Source: Ramazzottius varieornatus (lineage: Eukaryota; Animalia; Tardigrada). Taken from it: a DNA stretch of 64,000 nucleotides. This document shows positions 37,459 to 50,649 of this stretch, in pieces. The stretch covers positions 8,789,990 to 8,853,989 of the forward strand of contig BDGG01000002.1 of assembly GCA_001949185.1 (NCBI GenBank), read 5' to 3'. Both the position numbers and the translations under genes were made by a program. Position 1 is the stretch's first letter, and each line of letters begins with the position of its first letter. The notes beneath the pieces were generated by a model. The model made no database searches, had not been told where the DNA came from, and saw nothing but the letters and a program-made list of their open reading frames with translations.

Positions 37459-38875
37459 AACTGAAACTCCTGGCAGTTTAACATCTGTATCCATCCAGCC
37501 GTTCCGTCTTTCGTCGACCGATAGAGTTATTTCTGTTGGAAACCAATGCTCCCAAGCTTCGCCTTCGGGCGCTGCGGATAAGTCCGAATTTGCCCGAAGC
37601 GTCTCGTCTGGGAAGACAGCTGAGATGTTTTCTTATAGAACTGTAATACGGTAACAACCTTGTGTTGTGTTTTCAACGAGATGTGACGCAACGTCGCTGG
37701 GTCAATTTCGACCAGAAAATTTCTTGCAGGACTGTGGCAAATATAAAGAATGGCCAATGCTGGGTCAGGGAGGCAGCTGGCTGTCCTTTATTTACTGATG
37801 GTGGCCAACTGGGTACACGCAGTTCTGTTTCTGGAGAAATCTGGGTTTGCTGCATGTTTCAGACGCAAGACAGCATGAGGTATTTTGAGGTACAAAATCA
37901 TGAAGAGCATCACACTGTTCGATACGGGCGACTGGAGAACGACTTTGTGGACAACTCGAACGTATCTTCAGTGACCAACTCTCTGATTAAGGGTTCCAAG
38001 TTTACCCATATCCAACCCTCTCTTCTCTGTCTTTCCTGATCTTCACTCGCTTAGGTTATTGGCAGCACTACAGGTTGATTCAGAATGACTGGCCGGACTT
38101 TAGAGTGCTGCAGCAACATCAGTACTGATCCCACAGCCTTCCAAATTGACGAACAAATAGCTCAGACACTTGAAATCATTGTGCTAGGTTTTGGTGCAGA
38201 TTGTGCAAATCCGAGAAAAGTTACAGGATGAGGTGTCAGGGACCCGGAAATGGGATGCACTTTTGAGACCATAAGGGGGTCGCACCAAAAATATTTTTGC
38301 TTTTACGTGCGAGCTTTCAAAATTTTTCCGCTAACGCTGTACCGTTTGAAACTCCGCTAGGCACAGGGAAAAGATACATCTTGTCATGGTATTCTGAACT
38401 GGTGGGTTTTGCAATGGCAAGTCGGGACTTATCGAGTAACTGCAGCAAGAAAATTTCCATCCATTTCCATTTTTTTATTATTATGCGAATTGAAGAGGAC
38501 AAACTGTGGTTTAGCAAAAAGCTCTGGTAGTTGTCTGCAAAACAAAAATTGTTTGGTTGGAAACGCTGGAGTTGCGTCTCAGCTATAAATATTTTAAATA
38601 AATCGAGAATTTTTCGTCGAGAAATGACCACTGCTCTCAAAATATCCCTGCCCAAACACAAAACGTTTTGCTCAAAACGTATACTGATGGTCAAGAGCCT
38701 AGAGTATGTTCTATCGATTGGGTGGTACATCGGCGAAAACAACCAAGAAAAAGCTCTGCTAGCAAAATCCAAGTCAGATGAGTAGTGTTTTTCGGGTAGT
38801 AACTATTTTTTTCCCATGTTTCTCAACATGTGCATGATTCGCACAAAACTTTCGGGAATCAGTTCTGAATAGTTA

Positions 38876-39029
38876 CTGTAGTGCTACCAAATTATCGCGC
38901 ACTCAACCACGTGAACAGTAAATGATGCCCCGGGGGAAAGCGACAGAGACGACATTGAGTCATCTGTCCGTACAGGGCAACGATGACTCATCACGTGGTT
39001 GAGTGCGCGATAATTTGGTAGCACTACAG
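38876..39029. mobile_element. Short MITE, TA target duplication
   Basis: Perfect IR TTACTGTAGTGCTACCAAATTATCGCGCACTCAACCACGTGA (38873-38914) and its reverse complement (38991-39032). Confidence 0.85.
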
Positions 39030-40399
39030 TAATATATCGTCGGACTGAATTTGGAAGCAGCGACACCATTGCCGATTTTTCTACTGGACTTCAAAGTCCG
39101 GCCAGTCAATCTGAATCAGCCTGTAACTTGTCCATTTCCCGGTTGAATCTTGCACAATCTGTCGACCCTCGATACAGTGAAAATGAGCAAAAACTACTTC
39201 ACACGGACATGACAGCTGTCGACATGCTCAAAGGGAGCGCCTGCACTATCCTGCCTGTTTTGGACCTCTCCTTCAACTTCCTGGTCTCCCTCCCTGAGAG
39301 CGCCTTGCAGAGTGTGGCCTTTCCTTGTTTGAAGTAGTTGTGATTGTTTGAAGTAGTTGTTGTGTTTTATACTTTGTCTCTGGCTCTCTTGCCGCATTTT
39401 TCAACTTGTGTCTAAGGCTGAGCTATTTTGCTGGCGACAATACATGAGTAAAACTATATATCTTCCTTGTCGAAGAGCTGGACTTGTCGGGCAACAGCCT
39501 CAACCCCGTCCAATTCCTTCAAGGCAACGATGTCTTTGTCCCTCTTGTTACCATTCCTTCCCGTCGAAACCGACCTTCATAGCCTTCCCTTCGCTGAAAC
39601 ACTTGAGGCTGTCGTATAACAACTAGACTTGCTGGAAATTCTCAGTTTTTGGCGAATTTGGCGAACGAAGGAACAGGTGTCGAGCGCAGGTGTGCAGTGA
39701 GCATCAGAGCCTGATGGCACGCACCTAAAAACAGCGGGTCCGTCAGCGTTTGAATTGATTGAATCCACTCGAACGCTGAACAACCACAAGACTGTTTGGT
39801 TGACGAAAATTTGCACTGCGTGCATTCAGCCGTTAAAGAGGCTGAACAAAGCAGTTGAATTGAGCCAATCGCAGATTTATTCAGGAAATGGAGAATTTCC
39901 AGCAACTCTAATAACAACTTGACAATGCTGACGCATTTGCATGCGCTCGATCTAAGCTGTAATCGATTCTGCTTCATAGCCAAGGATTTCTCTGACAGTC
40001 TGCCACGCTCCCTAGGGTACACTCCATCAACTTGACCATGTGTTTAAGTGAATAGGAGGACCCGCTGGTTGATAAGGATGCCTTTACGACCGTCGACCAT
40101 GTGACGGCTCGAGACGCTCATCTGGGCTAGAGGCAGCTTTCGAAACTGGCTTTTCACTCGGCTGAACTAAATTCCCAGTCACTCTTGGCGCTAGAAAACA
40201 TCTTCTTGCAGGTATCTGATACAGTTTAAGCCAAAGTAAACGATAAAATTAATAGAAAGTACGATAGAACAGAAAACTGAGTGCAGGTTGTTTCTCTATA
40301 CCAGTTCCAAGCATTTGTAAAGAGTTCGGGCCATTTAAAAGGGCAGGTTTTCAGGACAACAATATTCACCAAACTTCACTCAACCATTCATTATTTAGG

Positions 40400-40552
40400 T
40401 ATAGAAGGCTCGGCGAAGCTAAAATAAGCCGTTTTACCCGTTCTTAGCCGTGGCTAAAAATATTGTAGCTGCGGCTAAAGGAGCTAAAATATTTTTAGCC
40501 ACGGCTAAGAACGGCTAAAGCGACTCATTTTAGATTCGCCGAGCCTTCCATA
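40400..40552. mobile_element. Foldback MITE with perfect 8-bp TSD
   Basis: TATTTAGG|TATAGAAGGCTCGGCGAA...TTCGCCGAGCCTTCCATA|TATTTAGG; almost the whole element is one hairpin. Confidence 0.85.
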
Positions 40553-41663
40553 TATTTAGGGAATCGCTACACAAAACTGTACAAGATGACTTTGCCAAGT
40601 GGCGCACGTTGTCGGTGTCATTGGCTGGAAATGTGCGCCACTTGGATAACTGATCCTGTCGTGTTTGGTTGCCCAAGTCCCACATATGACAATGGGAAAT
40701 TGTAGGTGACCGCCCCGATCTTCATTAGTCTCAGCGACGGGTCAGATTTGGCCAGCGCGGTTTAAAAGAGCCTTTCGCCAGTGGTAACCACCTCTATTGC
40801 GACTTGGCGTTTGAATCGGGAGTCTTTGAGGCCGTCCCAGCCGTAGGGGATGCCGATTGGAGACAGTTTGACTCGGAATAGGGCGCTCGCACCAACTTGC
40901 TACCACCTGTCATTTCCTCGAGGAAAACTCGGATTGCTTCTTTTTCGCCCGTTCTTCCACATTATCCATATAACTTTCAAGCTGTTTCGTTTGAACTAGG
41001 AGCCGATTTATGATACTGAACAGCAGCTTGAAGAATTTGACTAGTGTGACTTCCGGTGGGGAAGACCTATCGTAACGAGCAAACCTATTGTCCACAGGAC
41101 TCCATGTTAGAGTTTCGATCCGACATATGCTATCAACAGGCCAGAAAGTGTCTTGGTTGTACGTGGAAATCAAAAAGATCCGCGGGAATATCGAAATAAC
41201 TCAGTGAACGAATATCAAACAGCGAATTCGGCCATTTTGCAGGCAAACCTTGCTCTATGAAAGAAATTTCAGCTTTCGACCTGATCGGCAGATTCTTTGT
41301 TTCGACCTCTTTTCGATTATCCCAGCTCGTGGCATAATCGTTTTCGGTCACAGTGCCGCATCAACGGAACACTGGAAAAATAATTTTTGGAAACGACCCC
41401 AAAAATTCCGAAAGTTGATGGACTTTTGGCTTCTCTCCCTCTCCAGCTTGAAGTCGCTTACGTTTCTTCCTGAAAAAATTTCGGGTCGGTCGTTTTTCAC
41501 GAGGTTGAAAACAGAATGTCAAACCGGGAAAAGTTAGTTTGAAAGTTGAGTAATGATCCAGTCGAGAGAGCCATGAAACTTGAAAATGATGACGCATAAC
41601 TTGTTATGTGCCGCCAGCGATCAGAAGACTGACATGTCTACCAGTACTAGCCCTCAACATATA

Positions 41664-42021
41664 TGCGTGACGTCGTCAGGCCTACGAGAGAAAGGTTTTA
41701 AAGTTAGCCGCCCCTTACCGGATTTGCAAGTTGTCCGTCCAAGTTCGCCTGTTCCCTCCTACTCAATCCCAAACTTTTATGGATAGATTGGTAGCTTAAC
41801 TAATAGGCTGTCGAATGGTATTAGGTACAGTCAACGTGAGAATTCAGAGAATCCAGGAGATCCGCAATTGAAGAAACGTTGAAATGCCATGTTGAAAAGG
41901 CAAGTGTGACCATCAAATAGTCAATGGAGCGACAAACGCTACAGCCGTGGCTAACTTCACAAAACCGGTATGGGGTGGCTAAGTTTACAACCTTTCCCTC
42001 GTTAGACTGTTGGCATGCGCA
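41664..42021. mobile_element. Degenerate MITE with long imperfect inverted repeats
   Basis: ACGAGAGAAAGGTTTTAAAGTTAGCCGCCCCTTACCGG matches the reverse complement of CCGGTATGGGGTGGCTAAGTTTACAACCTTTCCCTCGT. Confidence 0.6.
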
Positions 42022-42090
42022 GTGGGAGGAAAAGTTGTGTGCTGCTCCAGCAAGTGGATTATTGTAAATAAGCTGAAGTCATTTTGGATA

Positions 42091-44678
42091 TCAATCTGAG
42101 TCGCGGTACGTCATCTCCGCCTTGAAAGGCCCAGGTGCGAAAGTCAAGCCCACCGCCTTTTCTTGAGCGTCCTTTAGTTCGGCAGGGTGGCCGCGGACTT
42201 CAAAGTTCTGCATGATGTTGGCAAAGAAGAGAAACAGCTCCATGCGGGCCAAGGGCTCGGACAGGCATAGGCGTTTACCTAAAGAATTGACAAACGGATT
42301 AGGCGAGTATTGTGGCCGGCAGGGAAGGTCGGATCAAGTGTTGCATCGTACCGACGCCAAAGGGAAAAAGATTTTGGAGTGGGACAAGACTTGACCGTTG
42401 TGGTCTAGAAAATGTTCGGGGTACAGGTCGAAGGGCTTCTGTCACAAGTGAAGATGGTGGTGGATAGCGTAAGCGTTGGCAAAGAGCGTGGTACGAGGGG
42501 GAATGGCATATCCGTCAACGGTCATGGCTTGGTAGTTGGTTCGCGCTACACCCAACGGTCCGACCGATGCCAGCCGTTGGATATCATTAAGGGCTGCCTT
42601 CGAGTACGGCAATACCGCTGGCAAGCAAAGCTACTCGACAGGTCAACTTCTTGTCGGGTCCATGTTGCTGCCAATGCTCGCCGGCACTCACATCGGCCGG
42701 CCATTGTGATCGGACGATTACGGCCGATTTTAGCGTCGATTTCGGCATGGATCTTCTGCTGGACTTGGGGGAACTGGCCGTAACAAATCATAGCCCACAT
42801 CAAGGTGGCTGCTGTCGACTGCGAGCCGGCAGCGAAAAGGTTGTAGATGCAATATAGAAGTTGCTCATCTGTTAGAAAGACGGACGACAACTGTTGGGTA
42901 AGAAAATTGGCAAAGCAGCAAAGTCGGTCGAAGAAGGGGATGAAGACAAAGGCATTCCTCACCGGTAAAGGTATCGTTAGGATTGCAGACATGAAGCCGC
43001 CTTTTCTCTTTCTTTCAGATAGGCCATAATATAATCGTCCTTCCCGTCGACGCTTGGTTGGCCACTTCCTGCAGCAGCTGCTGCCAGCCGCCTCTTTTGC
43101 AGTTCCTGTTTGCGTTCTTCCATGAAGCCACGGCAGAAGGCAATAATGGCGTTAGCTTCGCCTTGTAGTTGCTGCAGCAAAGGCCGAAAGCGCAGGCCGG
43201 GAATATACTTGAGGAAAGGGAAGGCCTGGATGGGCAGTAAAGCGTTAACCAGCTTTTGGTTCTCGGCGAACAGGTTGCTCAGCGTGAGGAAACGTTGGTC
43301 GTTGGGGTCGAAACGCTGGCCAAAGACCATGGCGGCCACAACGCTGGCCACACAGCTGGTCAGTAGTGGCTTGTGGTCGTAGCGCTGGCCAACATGAGCT
43401 TTGAATGTGCCCACCACTTCACGCACTTCCAGCAAGATGGCCTCTTCCATCCAGCCTTTCCCCATGCCTAGCTCTTGCACGGCACCCATGGTGAAACGAC
43501 GATGCTCCCTCCATAGCTCACCTTCGCTTTGCAGCAAACCTCAAAAAAACACCAGCTTCCAGTCGGCTGATACACTTTGATTTATTCTTGGTGTACGCAC
43601 GACTATAAATTATAGGCCAGTACAAATCATGGACCGGGCCTTTTCGCTACGGCGGTACGGAAGCATGCACTTGGATGACTCATTCACACTAATGTACTTC
43701 CGGTCATTTTTCTACGGTTGAACTTTTGTTTTGCGGTCTTTTCCGCCTGTCCCATAACTGTTACTGGGATCATAATTTTTCGTCTTGCGTGCAGGGGCGG
43801 ATTGACCCATAAGGCTGGCGAGGCTCAGCTTGTCCCATTGTCCAAAATCAATCAAAACCGCAATATCGGGACTTATACCAATACAAAACACATATGTTGA
43901 AACCGAGACAGTTTCATATGACGTCTTGTGTCAGAGCACCTTGAGTTTTATCCAAACGTACCACTATCAACCCCATATATTTTGTCTGAACTTACGAGCC
44001 TTGCGAGGCTCGCCCGCGATTCTTCCGTGCCTCGAGGTTCAAAAAGCCAGTTTTTTCCAGCCTTACCCATCCTCAGGACCTCAATCCGCCCCTGCTTGCG
44101 TGTAAACTATTCTTCTATTCTATATTAATACTAATTTTGGGAGTAAAACGAAATACAACACTGTCGTACGTGTACTTTCACGTACAGGTTACATTCTTTA
44201 TGGTGCAACAAATCTCAGGTTTTTTCTGGATCCAGAAGCTGTGAGCCATGGAACCATTGATGGTCATTCAACCTACCTCTGCCTTTAAAGATATGGTTGA
44301 AGACGAGATTGCGATCGCGACCGGTGATATTGTCGTCATTGAAGACAGTACGGGCCAGTTCGGGGTCGTGGATGACCACCATGGGTCGACTTCCCATCCA
44401 CAGGCCTACCGTTGGCCCGTACTCCTGGCTCCATTCGGCGATCTTCGAGCTGGCTGTCGACCGAGCTGAGTCAGATTGCCCACAATAGGGTACCCTACAG
44501 CCACAAATGCAGAGTTTTTTCTCATGGTGCAAATAGTCCAATGTCGAGATCAAAAAGTTGGTGCATCTCTGCCGAAAGGTACCTGCTGGTCCGGGTGGTA
44601 GCTTAACATTGGAGAAGATATAAGTCGATAGACGATGGCAGCCAGCACACAGGCCAAGACTACGTACCAGAAAGCCAT
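42091..44678 (-). pseudogene. Cytochrome P450 (CYP2 clan) pseudogene
   Basis: LPPGP, GYPIVGNL, WxxxR (WREHR), AGSQST, DIQR (ExxR altered), PEHF, PFGVGKRLC. Frameshifts in exons 1 and 2 and before the heme motif; in-frame TGA at 42442-44. Confidence 0.88.
43594..43791. mobile_element. MITE family A copy in a CYP intron
   Basis: Homologous to the 18117 copy (CCTTTTCGCTACGGCG..CGGAAGCA; GTCTTTTCCGCCTG). Confidence 0.75.
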
Positions 44679-45514
44679 GATGCGCTTCTTGCCGATCTGA
44701 CCGTATTCAGGGAAGAAACTAAGGCGAGAACTAGCGTTGTTGTCCGAGGTCTGTGGGCTTTCGAAGACACAGCTAATGCTCCGGGAGATTTATTAGCCAC
44801 CGGAAAGAGAAAGCGTGTATCCTGCGGCAGATAAGGTGCGCCTTTCACCGTCAGACGTCGGGCGGTCTGTCTCTTACAACCTGGAGCTGACTTGTCTTGT
44901 CAGACATCTGATACTGAGACTGCAGCTTCGTCGTTATTTCACTCGTACACGACGGTAGCGTGCTTTATTGCAATATAAAAATATTAATGCTTGACGTTGG
45001 TACCTACAGCGAGACTTTTCAGAACTTGCAGATGGCGGTGCACGATCGTCTCTGCAGCAGGATGGGTTCTTTCCTATCGATATTATTGCTGTGTTTGCCT
45101 TTGTGATGCGGTTTTGCAATTATGCCATTACCTCGTGATCCGTGGGATACACCAGCATTGAGTTGCACTGCGAACTTTTAAAACTTTACATACAAAATTT
45201 CAGTAACAAACGTGCCTGCAAACCTGTTCAAAGGCTAGAAGCAACGTCACCAGAGACAGGCAAAACGAAAGCGGTAATGAGCAAAATCGGGCATTTGAGT
45301 CAAACAAACTATACCACAGAAATCTAAACCGAGATAAAACTTAAAGGAGCTCCTTACAGTCTTGGTTTCTCATGTGTCTGCAGTAAAATATGGATCAACC
45401 AGATACGAAGAAGATAAAGGCCATCGTTCCAAAAGGCGCTATATCTTTGCTGAAAGCCTGTATATTTCTTTCCCATATCTCAACCTGAATTTCTTCCGCA
45501 GTTTTTTCAATATC

Positions 45515-48095
45515 ATGCCGCAAAATATTAGCCTAATGACCTTTAGATCTGAGTCGCAGACGGCTGATCCTTTACTACCGAACGGCCAGCATGACAATAG
45601 CTTGAGCTCCACAGTAGCGGTAGCATCTTCCACTGCAGGACATGAAGCCGTACTTGACGAGCAGACGCCAGTGGATGCCAAGGACGCTCTCAAGCCTCGA
45701 GGACAGTGGGCCAGCCGATACGAATTTGTCCTTTCCCATCTGGGCTTTTGTATTGGCCTAGGCAATGTCTGGCGATTTCCCTACATTTGCTACAAAAATG
45801 GCGGCGGTGAGAAATGACATCTTATTGTCTTAGTTCATTATGAGTGACTGAGATTAATAGGAAAGTTGCTTAATTGTCGTTTTTCTCATCTTCAGGAGCG
45901 TTTTTCATCCCCTACATCATTTGCCTATGTTGCGCCGGCATTCCGGTGGCTTTCCTGGAAGTTGCTCTAGGACAATATTTTGCTACAGGGGGCATTTCTT
46001 GCTGGGATATCTGTCCACTGTTTCGAGGTGGGTAAATAAGCGTTACTTGGAAGTATAAGGAATGTTATGGTGGAATTTTCTACAGGTATCGGCTACGCCT
46101 CGACGGTTATCTTATTCTGGCTAAATGTTTATTACATTGTGGTACTGGCATGGGGAGCTCTGTATCTCTTTTACTGCTTCTGCTACATCGGTTACGATCT
46201 GCCTTGGACAACCTGCAACAACGAGTGGAACACGCCGCAGTGCTACGCCAACTTCTCCACCGACCCCCACGCTCGCTTCTTCTCAGCGCCCTCTGGCGGC
46301 GGACCCAACCGTTCCGTTCTTCAACATGCACCGGTCGATCCCGCCACCGAATTTTGGGAGTAAGCGATATTATAGGCTAGCTTAATCATCCGCCTACAAA
46401 TCAGCCATAGCGCTTAATTTCCAGGCACAAAATACTCAACATCTCGGACGGTATCGACAATATCGGTAGCCTGAACGGACATTTATCCTTATCGCTACTG
46501 ATCGTCTGGATCGTCTGCTTCTTCTGTGTCTGGAAAGGTGTCCGCACTGCAGGCAAAGTATCTGTCCATATGTTCAATGAGTAGTTGAAATGTGAACCTT
46601 TTGCAGCCTTGGCTTTGCAGGTCGTTTACGTTACGGCCATTTTTCCTTACGGTATGCTGGCCCTGCTGGTTGTCCGCGGCATGACACTGCCCGGTGCTTT
46701 TGATGGCATTTATTACTACATGAAACCGGACTTATCCAAGCTGGGCGATTCCTCAGTGTGGGTCGACGCCGGAACTCAGGTCTTCTTCTCCCTGACAGTG
46801 GGTCTCAGTTCCCTTACAGGTCAGCCACCCATTTTTCAAAGAGCGCACTCGACCTGTCCTGGCTTACAGTATGACTTTGCAGCCTTGAGCAGCTATAACG
46901 CCTTCAATTACAACTGTTACAAGCACACCCTGTACCTCTGTACCGTCGACGTCCTCACCAGCTTCTTTGCCGGTTTGGCCGTCTTCTCCGTACTGGGCTT
47001 CATGGCCGAGCAGCTGAGAGTGCCGATTGAGACGGTGGCCGAATCGGGGCCAGGGCTGGCCTTTGTGGTCTACCCCACGGCCATGGCGCAGATGCCCGGT
47101 GCCATAGCCTGGGCCATCTTTTTCTTCGTCATGCTCATTCTGCTGGGCCTGGACACTCAGGTACGGCGCAGCACGGCCTGCTCATAACCCCTGCCCATTA
47201 GACGCCTTGCTACAGCATGTCTTTTGGTAGTTTGTAGGAATGTACGGCTTCGTCAGTGCCATAGTTGATATCTACCCCAAGGTCTTTCGCAAAGGATACC
47301 GCCGAGAATGCTTGACCCTCTGCCTATGTCTGCTGTGGTACGTCATGGGTCTGTGGACCATCACGGAAGTAAGTGCCACCAATTATTATCAATTGAAAAC
47401 GCTTAAGGCTGACTGACTGTTGGTGGTTTTCTTATCGCTGCAGGGAGGAATGTATGTCTTCCAGCTGTTCGATCACTACTGCACCAGCAGCTTCTCCTTA
47501 CTGTGGATCGCCTTCTGGGAATGCATTGTTGTGGGATGGTTCTACGGTGCCGACCGCTTCTACGACAACATACAGCTGATGGTTGGTGAAAGGCCCAGTC
47601 CTTGGATGAAATGGAGCTGGCAGTATGCCGGACCGACTTTTACACTGGTAACGCTAAGTACTCGGTAAAGGTCAAGAATCAAGTTGTGCCATGATTGGTG
47701 TTGATGGCAAATGGTTGCAGGTTATTTTTTGCTACAACATTATTCAGTACGAGCCGCTGGTCTACGACCGCATATACGAGTACCCACTGGGCGCCCAAGT
47801 CTTCGGCTGGCTCTTGGCCTTGTCCTCCATGCTATGTATTCCCGGTTATATGATTTACAAGCTGATCAAGACACCCGGCTTATTCAAGCAGGTTGGCTGA
47901 CATTTCCCACGCAAAACGATTTCTTCTGTGTATGCTCATCTTGAAACGACGACAAGACTGTCCATTTAAATCCTCTAGAGATGGAGAGCGTCGCTGATGT
48001 CAACCTTACCGGACCGACCCGAAGCAAAGATGGCCAAGCAAAACTGCACCGAAGAGCTGCTATTCATCAGCGGTGGTCGCAGACAGTTTCTGTGA
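45515..48095 (+). CDS. SLC6 Na+/Cl- neurotransmitter/osmolyte transporter (GABA/taurine/creatine-like group)
   Basis: [10 protein letters not shown]; [22 protein letters not shown]|AFFIPY; [12 protein letters not shown]; [11 protein letters not shown]; [12 protein letters not shown]; GLDTQF; [10 protein letters not shown]; multi-exon, ends RRQFL*. Confidence 0.93.
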
Positions 48096-48630
48096 ATATT
48101 TACTGCTCCACTATAGGTTTGTATAAATGTTTTCGCAATGGCTGACCAGACACAGGAAATTAAGAAGAGCAAAACTCTTGTGGATACGCAGGTTTGCCCA
48201 ATGTACACCGATGAACATTTTAATTTCATCTTACTGAATAAGGCCGCTTTCCAGTCTAGAAAATGATAAGAATGTGAATCAGAGACGGCATAAGTCGCTC
48301 TCGACAGGTTTTCAAGCAAAGCAAGACGTACTCTGACGCCCAAAATCCTGGAAGGTGATGAAGGACATTCCTGATAGGCGGTTGCTGACTGAAAAGGGCC
48401 CCGGAGAAAATATCGGAATTTGGTTGCCATATCTGCTCATGACACGGTAGTTCGATACTAAGCGGAAAGTGTTTTTACCAAATCAGGCTTTATCCTCCAC
48501 GCAAGAAACGGATGCTATACAGCTGGAAATAAGATAAGAATGACGTTACGCCGAGACACAATAACGCCGTTCGATCATGCCTTTGTTCCGTCACTATCGG
48601 ACAGTGCTTACCAGCTGGTGGAGATATTTC

Positions 48631-50250
48631 TTAGTTGTACTTCCAGATCCAAAAGTTCAGCGACGTGGCGATAGAGAGCCAAATGAGGTAGGGAACCATC
48701 AAAGCTGAGGCTAGCTTATTCAGGGGAAGAAATGCAAAAATGCACAACGCGACTACTATCCACAGAAGGCTGATGTCGACCAATGCCTGTTGAACGAAGA
48801 AGGTTGAATTGTTGGGGGGAGCTCAGGCCTGTAACCTAGTACTGTCATAACTTACCCCGGTGATCAGGTGTCCGTTGAAAAAGAGCGGCGACCACATAAA
48901 GTTGAGTATCAACTGGATACAATAGAGAATTAAGGCTAATAGTCGTGTGGCTCCTTCCGATCTGAATATCAGCCAGGAGGCCAAACCCATGCTAGTATAA
49001 ACAAAGGTCCAGACGATGGGGAAGGTGACGGGTGGCGGTGTCCACCAGGGCTTGTTCAGTGTCTGTGGGATGAAGACCCAACTAGGATTTGGCCGATATA
49101 TTATCTGGTGGCAAAGTGTGAGTTGTCGGTTTTCGAGGGGACACTTTAAGATTTGTTTTGCAAACTTCACTTGTGGTTTATCGATTCTCTCGCATGTCTG
49201 GTGTTTTCAACAGACACTCTACGTTCTTTCACGGCAGGACATAAGTTAACATGTTGACAACTGAGAGAGAAAGCCGATTTTGACATCACACGACGAAGCT
49301 TTTCCCGCCCCGTTTTCAGAAATTTCTCTTCTGGACATGGATTAGCTGACTCAGGTACGAAATGTCTCATTCTGTAGAACTAAGTTAGGTCTCTCTGATG
49401 ACAGTCAGAAGTCCTCATTTTACGACTTCTGGAATTTCGACTGCAGAAACCATCCGTGAGATGCGCCACTTTACATTTACAGGCATTTTCACAGGCATTA
49501 CACTGTGCTTTAACTGGGGTAATCAAAGTCAAGTCGCAGACCGGCTGTCTGAGCATGGCGAGCTTTGCGGTTAACTTTGAATGATGTTCGCGTTTTAGAA
49601 ATCCAAAAATTTGGTACGGATTTCGAACGACCGGACTGTACACGCATAAATATTTGAAATTTCGTTTGGGTTCTTGCTCGGAAAGCTTGGGCAGTGAATG
49701 CTCTTCCAGGATACTGGGCACTGTTTTCGAGAGAGAGCGCTTGTCGAACTATGGTTTTATACTAGCGCATTTTTGGAGGGATTTGGGCGCTCACGAAAAT
49801 TGTTCTCCCGAACGTACGGGGATTTTGACGAGAATCCGTCTCCGCTAAAGCGACCTTATAACTCGCGAAGTACGAGTGTATTGGATGGTCCGGAGCAAAT
49901 CTGGGAGCCGATGGATGGTAGATCAATTTCACTACGTGCGGGAGCAAAAGTTCGGGCCAGAAAAGGATTTTCGAAGCTGGTGCCCGAAATACCCGACAAA
50001 CATACTTTCCCACCTGATACTGTGGAAGGGATGACGCGTGGACTTACTTCGTACCACGTTTCCACTTCCTTCATCGTCGTGAAAGCGATGATCATTCCTC
50101 CCAGGTTGGGAACAGCTATACTGCAGTGAATATAGATGGACGCTGCAGAGCATGTTTATTGTGGCAGACCCTTAAGCCAAAGTTGAACACTCACCATGGC
50201 AAAATCTGCTTGAGGAACACTCCCAGTGTGATTTGAGGTATAATGCCCAT
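48631..50250 (-). CDS. TSPO: Translocator protein (TspO/MBR), 163 aa
   Basis: Exons 50250-50195, 50120-50048, 49062-48856, 48786-48631 in frame; WYE|TLNKPWWTPP..FPIVWT..YTSMG; QLILNFMWSPLFF; ALVDI; LMVPYLIWLSIATSLN. Confidence 0.92.
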
Positions 50251-50649
50251 TTTGCACAATGGTGGATTGGTCACGTTGTCACAGTAAAGCAGGAAGAAGG
50301 AAACTGGCTAGAGGCTCTGCGGCACGCTGTGGATAACACGCCGAATATCGACAGTGTCTTCTCGGTGTGGCGCTCACATTTTTCGCAGCCTGGCTTCTAC
50401 AGGAAGTGAAGCATGCCACTTGTTTGCATAATTCATAATCGTTTCCAACAATGAACCATGAAGGCCTCTGGGTGACACACGGTTCATGGTCCGAGGTGCT
50501 GATTATTGCACGAAAACGCTTGTCGGTCCATTGTACTGATTACGTTGAGAATCACGATGACACAGCTGTATGTGCGCACAGCGAGGAAGGAAGAGTTCAC
50601 TGTTTATTATATAGGGGGGCTCGTTTATACCTGAGCCTTTTTTTGCCCA

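Larger units (their letters stand above)
37700..40900 (+). pseudogene. Leucine-rich-repeat protein pseudogene interrupted by MITEs (boundaries approximate)
   Basis: LPVLDLSFNFLVSLPESAL, EELDLSGNSL, FPSLKHLRLSYNN*, LHALDLSCNRF in different frames with stops. Confidence 0.6.

Noticed and set aside
49698-50129. 143-aa plus-strand ORF
   Set aside because: Antisense to TSPO intron 2 and exon 2; no motif
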